Shown piece by piece: positions 63,675 through 64,000 of a DNA stretch of 64,000 nt. Each line of letters starts with the position of its first letter. Positions within the stretch are counted from its first letter, which is position 1. Origin of the DNA: Chloroflexota bacterium (GTDB lineage: Bacteria; Chloroflexota; Anaerolineae; Anaerolineales; UBA11858); the NCBI GenBank assembly GCA_018648225.1, contig JABGRQ010000199.1, positions 6,606 to 70,605 of the forward strand, written 5' to 3'. A program made the position numbers and the translations under genes. The notes under the pieces are model-generated. The model ran no database searches. It was not told the origin of the DNA and saw only the letters and a list, made by a program, of their open reading frames with translations.

Positions 63675-64000
63675 ATGTTGACCGCTATTCTTACCTCAGC
63701 TGCGTATGTGGCCTTTCAGATGATGGCCGATATTGCCAGCCTGCGGATCGTGATGATCGCCGGATTTTCAATTGACGCCGGGACATTCGTTTACCCCTTC
63801 ACCTTCACGCTGCGCGATATGGTGCATAAAGCTGCCGGGATCAAAGCTGCCCGCGCTCTGATTGTAGCCGCAGCCGTTATTAACCTTTTAATGGCCGGGC
63901 TTTTCTGGCTGACATCCATTCTGCCTGCCGATATGGCTGTGGGGCCTCAAAAAGAGTTCGGCATGGTGCTTGCCCCCGTCTGGCGAATTGTATTTGCCTC
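63675..64000 (+). CDS. yhhQ: queuosine-precursor transporter (YhhQ/DUF165 family), 5-prime part
   Basis: Own translation: MLTAILTSAAYVAFQMMADIASLRIVMIAGFSIDAGTFVYPFTFTLRDMVHKAAG... GGAG 8 nt upstream. Runs off the window. Confidence 0.75.
   Translation, partial: MLTAILTSAAYVAFQMMADIASLRIVMIAGFSIDAGTFVYPFTFTLRDMVHKAAGIKAARALIVAAAVINLLMAGLFWLTSILPADMAVGPQKEFGMVLAPVWRIVFA

Overview
About 47 of 49 predicted genes lie on the minus strand and form one very large cell-surface glycan biosynthesis and export locus. Many are translationally coupled through ATGA or TGATG overlaps.

**Recognisable content**
- Two Wzm/Wzt ABC exporter pairs.
- GDP-fucose genes gmd and fcl.
- A neuB-neuC-neuA nonulosonic-acid (NulO) module.
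- A second, atypical NeuB-like/cytidylyltransferase module, plus a PseB-like dehydratase and an RmlD-like reductase.
- Glycosyltransferases: 6 GT2, 3 GT4, 1 GT-A-like, 4 KpsC/KpsS-like GT-B proteins and 5 large polytopic GT-C-like membrane proteins (two tandem paralog pairs).
- Modifying enzymes: 5 SAM methyltransferases, 2 sulfotransferases, a B12-radical-SAM enzyme, an FAD oxidoreductase and an AsnB-like amidotransferase.
- Two polyprenyl-phosphate sugar synthases and a flippase-like protein.
- Regulators: a histidine kinase with a receiver-only response regulator, and a winged-helix regulator.
- A GxxExxY protein.
- The window ends with a hexapeptide acetyltransferase and, on the plus strand, the start of a yhhQ-like queuosine-precursor transporter.

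I recognised no rRNA, tRNA, CRISPR array, transposase or integrase.

**Most unusual signal**
The most unusual signal is non-coding. Almost every intergenic gap carries a composite hairpin whose arms are 2-3 tandem 7-10 nt units around an A/T-rich loop. There are at least eight sequence families. The CACCACAAAGACACGAAG family alone has 12 copies.

Units of the same families also sit in frame inside five coding sequences, including loops of the GT-C-like proteins. One hairpin carries a 158-nt nested insertion flanked by a 17-nt duplication.

**Limits**
The taxon is unknown. The repeat style and protein flavour suggest a Chloroflexota/Anaerolineae-like organism, but that is only a guess. All functional calls come from motifs read by eye. 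No searches were run.
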